DNA of 64,000 nucleotides from IMG/VR virus record IMGVR_UViG_3300017917_002108, positions 1-64,000 of that record; one strand, written 5' to 3'. The notes below the pieces were generated by a model, which was given only the letters and a program-made list of their open reading frames with translations, made no database searches and was not told where the DNA came from. This DNA is from a virus. A program made the position numbers and the translations under genes. Below are positions 25,793-34,500 of the stretch, piece after piece (position 1 is the stretch's first letter; each line of letters starts with the position of its first letter).

Positions 25793-26337
25793 CTAATATC
25801 TCTAAAAGCCCTCAGCGGCATACCTTCCAAAAGGAAGGTTATATCAAACGTCAAACCGAAAAGAACGAGCCTATTAACGAAGCATATCTCGATATGTTTG
25901 ACCAAGTCTTAGAGCAACACGATCACAAGTTCGACGATCCCCAAAGCCGCATCAACAATCTAGAATACGATCTACTGACCACTGATTGGATTTTGGAGAA
26001 AGTTCGTACCAACAATGCCTATGCCCAAAACTTATATGCGGCAATGTGCAACAACGGATTTATCCGTTTGGAAGTCATTCCAGTATTAAAACAAGAAGAA
26101 TGGAGTTGCTCATGGCGTTATGCCGGTGGTATAATTGCCGACATGCAACAAAAGGGCGACTACATCGATTGGTACTGTTCAGGCATCCGAAATGATTATG
26201 AAGATGAAGATGCTGGGAAACTATGGGATGGTAGAAATTATGTCGGCGAAGGCTGCATAACCGACGAGATCCGGAATGATCTCCAACATCTTGGCTGGGC
26301 GGTGGCGCCCGGTGGAGATTGGGAAAACTTTAATTAA
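25789..26337 (+). CDS. Hypothetical phage protein
   Basis: 182 aa; ATGA overlap with the upstream gene. Confidence 0.8.
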   Translation: MTNISKSPQRHTFQKEGYIKRQTEKNEPINEAYLDMFDQVLEQHDHKFDDPQSRINNLEYDLLTTDWILEKVRTNNAYAQNLYAAMCNNGFIRLEVIPVLKQEEWSCSWRYAGGIIADMQQKGDYIDWYCSGIRNDYEDEDAGKLWDGRNYVGEGCITDEIRNDLQHLGWAVAPGGDWENFN

Positions 26338-26363
26338 TCTAAATAGGAGATAAGTGAGTCAAA

Positions 26364-26552
26364 ATGACCTGGGAACTCTATGAGGTCTGGTCCGATATCG
26401 ACGGACATGAAGAATTGGTAGACACTACCAAAAGTCGCAAAGAAGCAATTAATCTAGCCAAAAAAACTCTCAATGAGGGCGCAGACGAGGTCTGGGTCTG
26501 CAGAGAAACCGGAGACGGGGACTATGAAGAAATTGAGCGGTTGACATCATGA
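26364..26552 (+). CDS. Small acidic hypothetical protein
   Basis: AGGAG SD; 62 aa. Confidence 0.7.
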   Translation: MTWELYEVWSDIDGHEELVDTTKSRKEAINLAKKTLNEGADEVWVCRETGDGDYEEIERLTS

Positions 26553-26569
26553 CAAATTGGTGCTATAAT
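26541..26569 (+). promoter_or_regulatory. sigma70 promoter with extended -10
   Basis: TTGACA-17-TATAAT with TG at the extended -10 position. Confidence 0.85.
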
Positions 26570-26598
26570 ATATACATACAGTTAATTAATAGGAGCTC

Positions 26599-27786
26599 AT
26601 GATGCCCAAGGCAGCAACCAAAACTCGTGTTACTAAAAAACATGTAGCTGAACATCGTACAGCATCTAAGAGAGATCTAAGTCCAAAATGGGACGGTCAT
26701 GAATCTTGGAATGCAGATCAATTCAGTAAGCATTTTCGAGTCGCCATGGAATATTATAGGTTAGAAGGCAGCGGCAAAGATCTCAAACCCAAGGTAATTA
26801 ATTGGATGTCGGCCAACGGTTATACCAAAGATCAAATCAAGGCATTCAAAGATACCAAAGATTTTCGCTGTAATGTGACCATGGGTGCTATCGCTGCTAA
26901 TCTTCTCAGAGGAATGCCTCCTGTACGTGCTGATTTCAACGAGGGTCGAAATACAGCAGACTGGCTAGGACAGGCTATTCGAAAAACCATAGAAGAAGGC
27001 AAGGACGATGTTGAACCAGAAATCGTAGAAGAAAAGGCTGCGGTTCCCACAATTTCAATCCAGGATCGTGTGCGTGAAGCTACATTCGCTATGACTGAAG
27101 AAATCGAAGATACCATCGAATCGTTCAGCCAAGATCCCGAAGCATTTGACCCCAAAGCCTTTAAGGTTCTGAATCTGTTGAGAGGTAAACAGACTAAGGC
27201 AGCACATGCTCGCATTATCAAAGATTACTATCAGCGTCAATACAATGAATATCTAGAACTTCAAGAAGGCAAATGTGAGCAACTCAAAGAAGCATATAGT
27301 CATCGCACCAAAGCGCAGATCAAAAAAATCGTAGCCTTCTATCAAGAAATTCTATCAGCCTGCGATATGCTCATGCAGGAAGCAAAGGTTAATCGTAAGC
27401 CTCGTGCTAAAAAGGCACAGCCCGTAGAAAAGATCGTGGGTAAACTCAAGTATCTTAAACAAGACGACAAGCTAAAACTTGTATCTATTTCTCCTGCTGA
27501 TATCATTGGTAGCAAAGAACTATGGGTTTTCAATATCAAGACTAGAAAATTGGGCAAATATATGACCAGCGAATTCAGCGAACTCAGTGTAAAAGGCACA
27601 AGTATCACAGGATTTGATGAGCATAAAAGTGTACAAAAGACACTACGCAAGCCCGAGGAACAACTTAAAGAATTCAAGGCTGCGGGCAAGGTAGCTCTAC
27701 GCAAGTTCCTCGAGGACATTAAAGCAGTAGATATCAAGCTAAATGGACGTATCAACGAAGATACGATTCTATTGAAAGTTGTCTGA
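26599..27786 (+). CDS. Hypothetical Lys-rich phage protein
   Basis: 395 aa; AGGAG SD. Confidence 0.85.
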   Translation: MMPKAATKTRVTKKHVAEHRTASKRDLSPKWDGHESWNADQFSKHFRVAMEYYRLEGSGKDLKPKVINWMSANGYTKDQIKAFKDTKDFRCNVTMGAIAANLLRGMPPVRADFNEGRNTADWLGQAIRKTIEEGKDDVEPEIVEEKAAVPTISIQDRVREATFAMTEEIEDTIESFSQDPEAFDPKAFKVLNLLRGKQTKAAHARIIKDYYQRQYNEYLELQEGKCEQLKEAYSHRTKAQIKKIVAFYQEILSACDMLMQEAKVNRKPRAKKAQPVEKIVGKLKYLKQDDKLKLVSISPADIIGSKELWVFNIKTRKLGKYMTSEFSELSVKGTSITGFDEHKSVQKTLRKPEEQLKEFKAAGKVALRKFLEDIKAVDIKLNGRINEDTILLKVV

Positions 27787-27816
27787 TGTTTGGATTAGAG
27801 TTTGATAAATACTGGT

Positions 27817-28692
27817 ATGAACAATACCAATATAGACCAAACTCTAACTGACCTCAGCAAAGTACTCAAAGACCTTGTTGAAGCTGCTCATCAACCCGTA
27901 GCTCAAGAAGTCACCCAATTTCTAGAATTTAGAGCGAAAAAAGGCACTGGCAATTCTGGAAAAGGTATTATCTGGAGTGGCCAAGGGCATACTAAACAAT
28001 TCGTTTATAATCAGGAACCTGATAGATTTTTCTCTTCTGAGTCTATTGATCTAGACAAAGACAAGAATATTTCTATCGCAGGAGTAAAAGTTCTAGACAG
28101 CAAAGAGCTTGGTTCCGGAATTACTAAGAGTAATCTGCAGACAGTTGGTAGATTAAAAGGTCTTATAGTTGACGGTTCAGTCAGCATCAATCAATATCTT
28201 ATCTATAATGGTGCCAGTGATCGACTAGGTCTTGGTACTGAATCTCCCAATGCTGCGCTGTCAGTAGCGGAGATGGGTATTGAGGTTATGCTAGGCACTA
28301 CCGATGATCTACAGGGCATGGTAGGTACTTTTGCATCAACAGATTTCAATATCGTCACAGATAACACACCTCGAATCACCGTCAAAGCCAACGGTAATGT
28401 AGAACTAGGTAATTCTAATCGAAATCCAATTCAGGTTAAGGTCAATGGTAAAATGAGCATTGGTGTGCAAGTGCCAGATCCTAATGTTGATTTACACGTT
28501 GCCGGTCCGGTCAAGTTTAATGGACATCTTCAGATGTACGCATCTGCACCTCCAGAGTACGGTACTTATTCCCTAGGAGATATTTTTTGGAACGAAGCTC
28601 CTCGAGTAGGTGCTAATATTGGATGGGTGTGTCTAAGAGCAGGTAGTCCCGGAGCATGGTATCCGTTCGGAGAAATCAAAGAACGAGGCTAA
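27817..28692 (+). CDS. Probable virion/tail-fibre-like protein
   Basis: RLGLGTESPNAALSV and IGVQVPD..LHVAG repeats; C-terminal GWVC..GSPGAW. Confidence 0.7.
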   Translation: MNNTNIDQTLTDLSKVLKDLVEAAHQPVAQEVTQFLEFRAKKGTGNSGKGIIWSGQGHTKQFVYNQEPDRFFSSESIDLDKDKNISIAGVKVLDSKELGSGITKSNLQTVGRLKGLIVDGSVSINQYLIYNGASDRLGLGTESPNAALSVAEMGIEVMLGTTDDLQGMVGTFASTDFNIVTDNTPRITVKANGNVELGNSNRNPIQVKVNGKMSIGVQVPDPNVDLHVAGPVKFNGHLQMYASAPPEYGTYSLGDIFWNEAPRVGANIGWVCLRAGSPGAWYPFGEIKERG

Positions 28693-28693
28693 A

Positions 28694-29284
28694 TTGTCTG
28701 CGTTGGTAATAGGTAATGGTGAGAGTCGATCAACTCTAGACCTAGTTACACTGTCGCGTGATAACATCACTATCGGATGCAATGCACTGCATAGAGATTT
28801 CACTACCGATCATTTAATCTGTTGTGATGCCAGGATGATCAGAGAAGCCTTGGCAAATACCGAAACAGCTAATACCAAAATTTACGTAAGAGATTCTTGG
28901 TATCCTACTTTTAGAAAAATCCAAAAACATAAAAATATAAACCCGTTGCCGTCACTCCCTTACCAAGGAAATATGAGACCGGATAATCCTGTGCATTGGG
29001 GCAGCGGAAGTTATGCGGTATTACTGTCAGCTCTATTAGCAAAGGATATTATTCTTGTGGGATTTGATCTATACGGACAGCAAGATCGAGTCAATAATAT
29101 CTATAAGAATACCTGTAATTATGATAGAGATACATCACCGGCCGTCGATTACAGTTATTGGGTTTATCAAATCTCTAAAGTTTTTGACTCTTTTCCAGAT
29201 TGTAATTTTACGATCATGAACAATCACTACTGGTCTATGCCCGAAGAATGGCAGAAAAATAATGTAAAATTCGTTGCATTATAA
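28694..29284 (+). CDS. GT29/MAF-flag10-like nucleotide-sugar-utilising protein
   Basis: VIGNGESR..GCNAL..WGSGSYA..IILVGFD. Confidence 0.65.
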   Translation: MSALVIGNGESRSTLDLVTLSRDNITIGCNALHRDFTTDHLICCDARMIREALANTETANTKIYVRDSWYPTFRKIQKHKNINPLPSLPYQGNMRPDNPVHWGSGSYAVLLSALLAKDIILVGFDLYGQQDRVNNIYKNTCNYDRDTSPAVDYSYWVYQISKVFDSFPDCNFTIMNNHYWSMPEEWQKNNVKFVAL

Positions 29285-29302
29285 ATATTCTCACAGTATA
29301 AT
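29274..29302 (+). promoter_or_regulatory. sigma70 promoter for the queD leader
   Basis: TTGCAT-17-TATAAT. Confidence 0.65.
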
Positions 29303-29320
29303 AACTTACACACAGACAAC

Positions 29321-29368
29321 AGCGGTCTCCAATGGCATTCAACCCGCTTTATAAATTCTGCATGTCAT
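29321..29368 (+). promoter_or_regulatory. H-type pseudoknot in the queD 5' UTR (candidate preQ-type riboswitch)
   Basis: P1 agcgg/ccgct (29321-25/29344-48); P2 atggcat/atgtcat (29332-38/29362-68); A/T-rich linker. Confidence 0.5.
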
Positions 29369-29403
29369 CAAACTTACTCGCTTAATTTTACAGGAGGCAA
29401 GAG

Positions 29404-29952
29404 ATGGCGAAATTTTACTCAACAAAAACTTATGGCAATGACAGAGGACTGTCATGTTGCTTTAGACAATGGCGTGCCACACACAGTCATTGCTCAACAC
29501 TTCACGGTTATTCAATTGGCATTAAACTCGTATTTGAATGCGATACACTAGATGATAAAAACTGGTGCATGGACTTCGGTGGGCTCAAAGAATTTAAAGC
29601 GTGGGCCGATCACATGTTTGATCACACTTTGGTAATCGCTGAAGATGATCCGATGCTAGATCGATTCAAAGCAATGAGTGGCTGGAGTTCAAATCCAGAA
29701 CATGACGGTAATCCAGAACGTGTTCAAGTTGAACCATACCGTCGTCAAGGCATCTGCGATCTACGTATCGTTCCAGGCGTAGGCTGTGAAATGTTTGCTA
29801 AGATGTGCTACGACAAGATGGCCGAACTTCTAGCATCTGGCAATATGCGCTACCCAATCAATCCCACAGTGCGTGTCAAATCTGTAGAAGTATTTGAACA
29901 TGGTGCTAACTCAGCGACCTACGAGGGAGACTATCCAGTAATTCGAGGATGA
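29404..29952 (+). CDS. queD: 6-carboxytetrahydropterin synthase / PTPS family
   Basis: HCSTLHGY..MDFGGLK..FDH..CEMFA..VEVFE. Confidence 0.88.
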   Translation: MAKFYSTKTYGNDRGLSCCFRQWRATHSHCSTLHGYSIGIKLVFECDTLDDKNWCMDFGGLKEFKAWADHMFDHTLVIAEDDPMLDRFKAMSGWSSNPEHDGNPERVQVEPYRRQGICDLRIVPGVGCEMFAKMCYDKMAELLASGNMRYPINPTVRVKSVEVFEHGANSATYEGDYPVIRG

Positions 29953-30140
29953 ACAGTTTTGAAAAAATATGGGCTCGGGCAACCGGGCACTTGATGGGAC
30001 AAACGGACGACGATCGTCCTGTTGTTCCAATCCTAACCAAACGTGAAGCACGTATAGCATTATTTCTAAAAACATTTTGGGTTATAATACACGTGGTCAC
30101 ATGTTTTTTTATTATGGCTAACACTATTAGGCACTGGTAA
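29949..30140 (+). CDS. Small membrane protein
   Basis: 63 aa; C-terminal hydrophobic helix. Confidence 0.75.
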   Translation: MNSFEKIWARATGHLMGQTDDDRPVVPILTKREARIALFLKTFWVIIHVVTCFFIMANTIRHW

Positions 30141-30832
30141 TGATTAATGTAATCTGTGTTCGATTGGGCAACAAGTATGGCAGAGAGTATGTAGAGAAAC
30201 TACGTAATATGGTTTCTAGGCATCTTAGCCTGCCATATCGTTTTAATTGTCTCACAGACGATCAACACCCCATCGAAGGCGTTAATTTAATATATCTTCC
30301 TAGCCAAAGCTACAGCAAAATGTGGTGGCATAAAGTTCATCTATTTGATCCTAATCTAGGCTTAGAGGGTAGGATATTATACTTCGATCTAGATGTTATT
30401 ATACACGACAATATCAATAAATTAGTAGAAGGCTATAAAGATGAATTCTTGGGTATAAGAGATTTTAATAGAAAATTCAATCCCCAATGGAATATGTTGA
30501 ACAGTTCGGCAATGAGTTGGTCTTCGGGTTACCATCCCGATATCTTTACTGTTTTCAAAGATAATCTAAAGAATGCTCAAAGACTACATGGAGATCAAGA
30601 TTGGATTTGGCAAGTGGCCAAGAATAGAATAACATTCTGGCCTGAATCATGGATACAAAGTTATAAATGGGAAATCCGCAATAGGAATGATCTAGCCTAC
30701 GAAGGCGGTAAACGTTTTTTCAAAACAGTAAAGAATGTCAAGATACCAAACGAATGTAGTGTCTGTGTGTTCCACGGTGATCCAAATCCTCACGATATAC
30801 AAGATCCTTATGTACTTGACAACTGGCGTTGA
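30140..30832 (+). CDS. GT-A fold glycosyltransferase (GT8-like)
   Basis: CLTDD, WWHKV, YFDLDV (DxD), NSS, GDQDWI, VFHGDPNP. Confidence 0.85.
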   Translation: MINVICVRLGNKYGREYVEKLRNMVSRHLSLPYRFNCLTDDQHPIEGVNLIYLPSQSYSKMWWHKVHLFDPNLGLEGRILYFDLDVIIHDNINKLVEGYKDEFLGIRDFNRKFNPQWNMLNSSAMSWSSGYHPDIFTVFKDNLKNAQRLHGDQDWIWQVAKNRITFWPESWIQSYKWEIRNRNDLAYEGGKRFFKTVKNVKIPNECSVCVFHGDPNPHDIQDPYVLDNWR

Positions 30833-30844
30833 TTCTGCTATAAT
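30816..30844 (+). promoter_or_regulatory. sigma70 promoter
   Basis: TTGACA-17-TATAAT with extended TG; the ATG at 30850 suggests a leaderless mRNA. Confidence 0.8.
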
Positions 30845-30849
30845 AAACT

Positions 30850-31914
30850 ATGACAAATGTTAAACGTATCGGCTTTGCCTGTAAATGGATCGACAGTCAC
30901 GACCAAGTAGACGGTATTAAGCCCAAGGACGATTGTAAAAAATACAATACTGGATCGACTACTGTGGCCTGGTTAAATAGACAGACCAAGGATGCGGCCT
31001 GTGAAAAACTGTGGTCTCTGATGCAACAAAACATAGAAGCATCTCGCCTCCTTGTTGAACGAGTAGGAGAATTAGATGAAAATCTTAGAATGGTACGACT
31101 CAGCAGCGATATCCTGCCTGTCTACACTGAGCCGACTTGGAGCTGGTTTTGGCGGACTGCCGATGTGCGAGACTATTGCGAAAGAGCATTTGGACAAGTC
31201 GGAGCTACAGCTCGTTCGCGTGGTGTTCGCTTGTCTTTCCATCCTGGCCAGTTCACTGTGCTGGCTAGCGATAATCCAGACATCGTAGATCGATCTATTG
31301 AAGAATTCGAGTATCATGTAGACATGGCTCGATGGATGGGCTATGGTCAAAACTTCCAAGACTTTAAGATCAACGTCCACATCGCGGGTAGACGAGGCCC
31401 AGATGGTATACGTGCTGCCTTGAGCAGATTAACTCCCGAAGCTCGTAACACACTCACTATAGAAAATGAAGAAATTACACACAATCTTGATACCTGTTTG
31501 GAACTTGCAGATGTGGTTCCGATCGTCCTTGATATACATCACCACTGGATTAACTCTGGAGAATATATTGATCCTAACGAGGACCGTGTTAAAAGGGTCG
31601 TTGATAGTTGGCGCGGTGTGCGTCCTACTTGCCACTACTCTGTTTCTAGGGAAGATCTACTCGGAGGTCATCCCAGCGGATCACGTCCCTCTCTTCAGAC
31701 CCTCTTAGATTCCGGTCACAAGAAAGCTAAACTCAGAGCTCATTCAGATTACTACTGGAATACAGCAGTGAACGAATGGGCACTGAGTTTTAGGGATAGC
31801 TTTGATATCATGTGCGAGAGCAAGGCTAAGAATTTAGCCTCATTCGCACTTTATGAACAGGCTAAAGGACTTACTCTGCCTTTGGCTTGCGACCGCGAGT
31901 TGATACTTTCTTAA
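30850..31914 (+). CDS. uvsE: UV damage endonuclease (UvdE/UvsE)
   Basis: IGFAC, RLSSDILP, RLSFHPGQF, TIEN, LDIHHH, HYS, AHSD, DIMCESKAK. Confidence 0.93.
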   Translation: MTNVKRIGFACKWIDSHDQVDGIKPKDDCKKYNTGSTTVAWLNRQTKDAACEKLWSLMQQNIEASRLLVERVGELDENLRMVRLSSDILPVYTEPTWSWFWRTADVRDYCERAFGQVGATARSRGVRLSFHPGQFTVLASDNPDIVDRSIEEFEYHVDMARWMGYGQNFQDFKINVHIAGRRGPDGIRAALSRLTPEARNTLTIENEEITHNLDTCLELADVVPIVLDIHHHWINSGEYIDPNEDRVKRVVDSWRGVRPTCHYSVSREDLLGGHPSGSRPSLQTLLDSGHKKAKLRAHSDYYWNTAVNEWALSFRDSFDIMCESKAKNLASFALYEQAKGLTLPLACDRELILS

Positions 31915-32170
31915 CAGTTTCTTTGGCTTTTTTGGCTTTGGCCTTAACTTCGGTTTTGGCCTTTTCTACCACGACTGCTGCATCAACCTTGCCATCCTTG
32001 TTAACATCGGCATCTGCCTTGACACCTTCTACTGCTATTTGTACAGCAGCTTTAGCATCTTGTGCATCAACCTTGCCATCCTGATTTACATCAAAGCCTT
32101 TGCTGTTACGGTTATAGTACCAAACGGCCCCTACTGCTAAGACTACGATTGCTATGAGAAGTAATTCCAT
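31871..32170 (-). CDS. Membrane-anchored protein with two DxNxDGxVD calcium-loop repeats
   Basis: N-terminal TM helix; DVNQDGKVD and DVNKDGKVD; Lys-rich tail; AAGGAG SD. Confidence 0.8.
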   Translation of the reverse strand: MELLLIAIVVLAVGAVWYYNRNSKGFDVNQDGKVDAQDAKAAVQIAVEGVKADADVNKDGKVDAAVVVEKAKTEVKAKAKKAKETVKKVSTRGRKPKAE

Positions 32171-32190
32171 GAGTTTTTTCTCCTTGTAGG

Positions 32191-32721
32191 TTATTTATTA
32201 ACTGCTGATAAAATACTAATTTTATGAGCCCCGTTAGAGGGCATAATTCTCAAATTATCTATAATTGGCTCTAGATCTGCTGAAAACCAATGATGTTTAT
32301 CAGCATAAAAAGCTTCTAGTATCTGTGTCATTTCTTGTTTAACTGCTAGATGTGCCGGACTCTGATCCCAAGAATTTGAAAAGTATTTGCTGTCAATTAG
32401 ATGGTCATAGTCTTCGTTTAATTTGATACAGACGAATTCAGCAGTATTTTTGTAGAATTCAAATATATGTTTTATATGTTTATTGATTTCCCAACCACTC
32501 ATAATTAGGACATCGTATTCGTCTTGATAAAAATTAATGTAATCGCTGATATAAGCCAAAGTTTTTTCTATCGTAGATTCGTAATATAATCCAGCATCTT
32601 GTACTTTGGTACCTAACATCTGCTCGTAGATACTATACTCCGCTCGAGAATAAGCAGCAATTAATCTCTCTATCACTAGATGTTTGGTTCCCGAATTGCC
32701 CACAGCAAAAATTATTTTCAT
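32191..32721 (-). CDS. Hypothetical protein, degenerate P-loop-like
   Basis: MKIIFAVGNSGTK; same length and layout as 10851-11381. Confidence 0.7.
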   Translation of the reverse strand: MKIIFAVGNSGTKHLVIERLIAAYSRAEYSIYEQMLGTKVQDAGLYYESTIEKTLAYISDYINFYQDEYDVLIMSGWEINKHIKHIFEFYKNTAEFVCIKLNEDYDHLIDSKYFSNSWDQSPAHLAVKQEMTQILEAFYADKHHWFSADLEPIIDNLRIMPSNGAHKISILSAVNK

Positions 32722-32775
32722 ATTAGGCTCCTTGCTAATATAATTATTCTGTCCTAAAAAGACAATAAATATTTC

Positions 32776-33336
32776 ATGACCTTACATTTTATACGATCAT
32801 TAACAGAAACTTCAGACAAACGAGAAATCTATCAGGACAAGCTCAAATTTGATAAAAAAGAACTAGAGCCTGTAATGAGTGAAGCTACGGTCAAATACCA
32901 TTACGACGGATTGGCCAGCAAATATTCCGAGCGTTATAATAAGGGCGAAGGCGATCCAGATTTTAACTACGGTGGCGCCATGCTACACAATATTTTCTTT
33001 GCCAACTTAACCCCACCTAGAGCAGCTAATAAACCAGAGGGGCTCAGTAAATCTATCATAGATGAAAAACATGGCAGCTTTGACAAATTCAAAGCAGAAG
33101 TTGAAAAAACTGCTATGTCAATACAGGGCAGCGGTTGGCTATATATGGATACCACCGGTGAAATAAAAACCATTAGCAATCACGAATACAAGAAGAACAT
33201 GAAGATTGCTCTGTTGATAGATTGGTGGGAACACTCGTGGGCCTTAGACTATCAGCAGGACAAAGCCAAGTATCTAAACAACATTTGGCGTATCATCAAT
33301 TGGGAAACCGTTGATATTAGACTACAAGGAGCATGA
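32776..33336 (+). CDS. Fe/Mn superoxide dismutase
   Basis: LEPVMS..YHY, HNIFF, GSGW, DWWEHSW. Confidence 0.92.
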   Translation: MTLHFIRSLTETSDKREIYQDKLKFDKKELEPVMSEATVKYHYDGLASKYSERYNKGEGDPDFNYGGAMLHNIFFANLTPPRAANKPEGLSKSIIDEKHGSFDKFKAEVEKTAMSIQGSGWLYMDTTGEIKTISNHEYKKNMKIALLIDWWEHSWALDYQQDKAKYLNNIWRIINWETVDIRLQGA

Positions 33337-33337
33337 T

Positions 33338-33454
33338 ATGTTAGAAACATTATTTTGGTTAGCGTTAGGCGCATTTATTGGTTGGAATTTTCCTCAACCA
33401 GAATTTGCAAAAACTATACAGGCTAAAATCGTAACAATTTTTTCAAAGAAATAA
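33338..33454 (+). CDS. 38-aa membrane peptide (absent from the ORF track)
   Basis: MLETLFWLALGAFIGWNFPQPEFAKTIQAKIVTIFSKK; AAGGAG SD; fills the SOD-iscU gap. Confidence 0.7.
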   Translation: MLETLFWLALGAFIGWNFPQPEFAKTIQAKIVTIFSKK

Positions 33455-33455
33455 C

Positions 33456-33860
33456 ATGGCGTATTCAGACAAAGTAATCGATCATTACGAGAACCCTCGA
33501 AACGTAGGTAGCTTTGCCAAAGACGAACAAGGCATTGGCACCGGAATGGTGGGAGCACCTGCCTGCGGTGATGTAATGAAACTACAGATAAAGGTGGACG
33601 ATGATACAGGTATTATTACAGATGCGAAATTTAAGACGTATGGCTGCGGATCGGCTATCGCAAGCTCAAGCCTTGTCACAGAGTGGCTCAAGGGCCGTAC
33701 CCTCGACGAAGCAGGATCAATCAAAAACAGCCAAATTGCCGAAGAACTAGCATTGCCTCCCGTTAAGATACATTGTTCGATACTTGCAGAAGATGCGATT
33801 AAGGCGGCAGTAAAAGATTATAAGACAAAGTATGATATCTCTAACACCACTAGCAGCTGA
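33456..33860 (+). CDS. iscU: Fe-S cluster scaffold IscU
   Basis: YSDKVIDHYENPRNVG, APACGDVM, FKTYGCGSA, LPPVKIHCS. Confidence 0.97.
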   Translation: MAYSDKVIDHYENPRNVGSFAKDEQGIGTGMVGAPACGDVMKLQIKVDDDTGIITDAKFKTYGCGSAIASSSLVTEWLKGRTLDEAGSIKNSQIAEELALPPVKIHCSILAEDAIKAAVKDYKTKYDISNTTSS

Positions 33861-34152
33861 AAAGGTTAAGAAAAATATAGAGCGCAGAGGTAAAGGCCAC
33901 GGTATCAAAGTAGGTATTAAGACCACAGGCTGCTCGGGATTGGCCTATACGATCGAATATGTAGATGATCCTACCCAGGAAGATATGAGTTTTGTCAGCG
34001 AAGGCGTACATGTATTTGTAGATCCCAGAGCGTTGCCCTATATCAACGGTATGACCATGGATTGGTTCAAACAGGGTTTAAATGAAGGGTTTGATTTTAT
34101 CAATCCCAATGAACGAGATCGATGCGGCTGCGGCGAAAGTTTTAGAATTTAG
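33832..34152 (+). CDS. iscA: A-type Fe-S carrier IscA
   Basis: TTGCSGLAY..NPN..CGCGESF. Confidence 0.95.
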   Translation: MISLTPLAAEKVKKNIERRGKGHGIKVGIKTTGCSGLAYTIEYVDDPTQEDMSFVSEGVHVFVDPRALPYINGMTMDWFKQGLNEGFDFINPNERDRCGCGESFRI

Positions 34153-34429
34153 ATACTGGTAGCTCTACACTAGCGGGCATATCCCATATTTTCTTGCGTT
34201 CTACACCCTTGCGTTGTGCAAACCTCTTAGCATCACAATCTGTACAGCAGTGAAAATAATTATTGCTGAGACGTTTACTAGAGACCTTTTTTAGCTCTCT
34301 TTCAAAATTTTTATCACAATTATCACATCTAAAAACTGCTATAGTTTTTTTTCTAATATATGTATGCTCTATACCTAATTTACTGATTCTAACATACTGA
34401 CTTTGTTGTGATTTTGTTTTCAAGAACAT
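34142..34429 (-). CDS. Small zinc-finger-like protein
   Basis: CDNC..CCTDC; basic. Confidence 0.7.
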   Translation of the reverse strand: MFLKTKSQQSQYVRISKLGIEHTYIRKKTIAVFRCDNCDKNFERELKKVSSKRLSNNYFHCCTDCDAKRFAQRKGVERKKIWDMPASVELPVSKF

Positions 34430-34500
34430 AACTTATTTACGTTAGGCTTATAAAATTTTTAGATAAATACCATAGAAATCCAATTTAATCAGGATGAACT

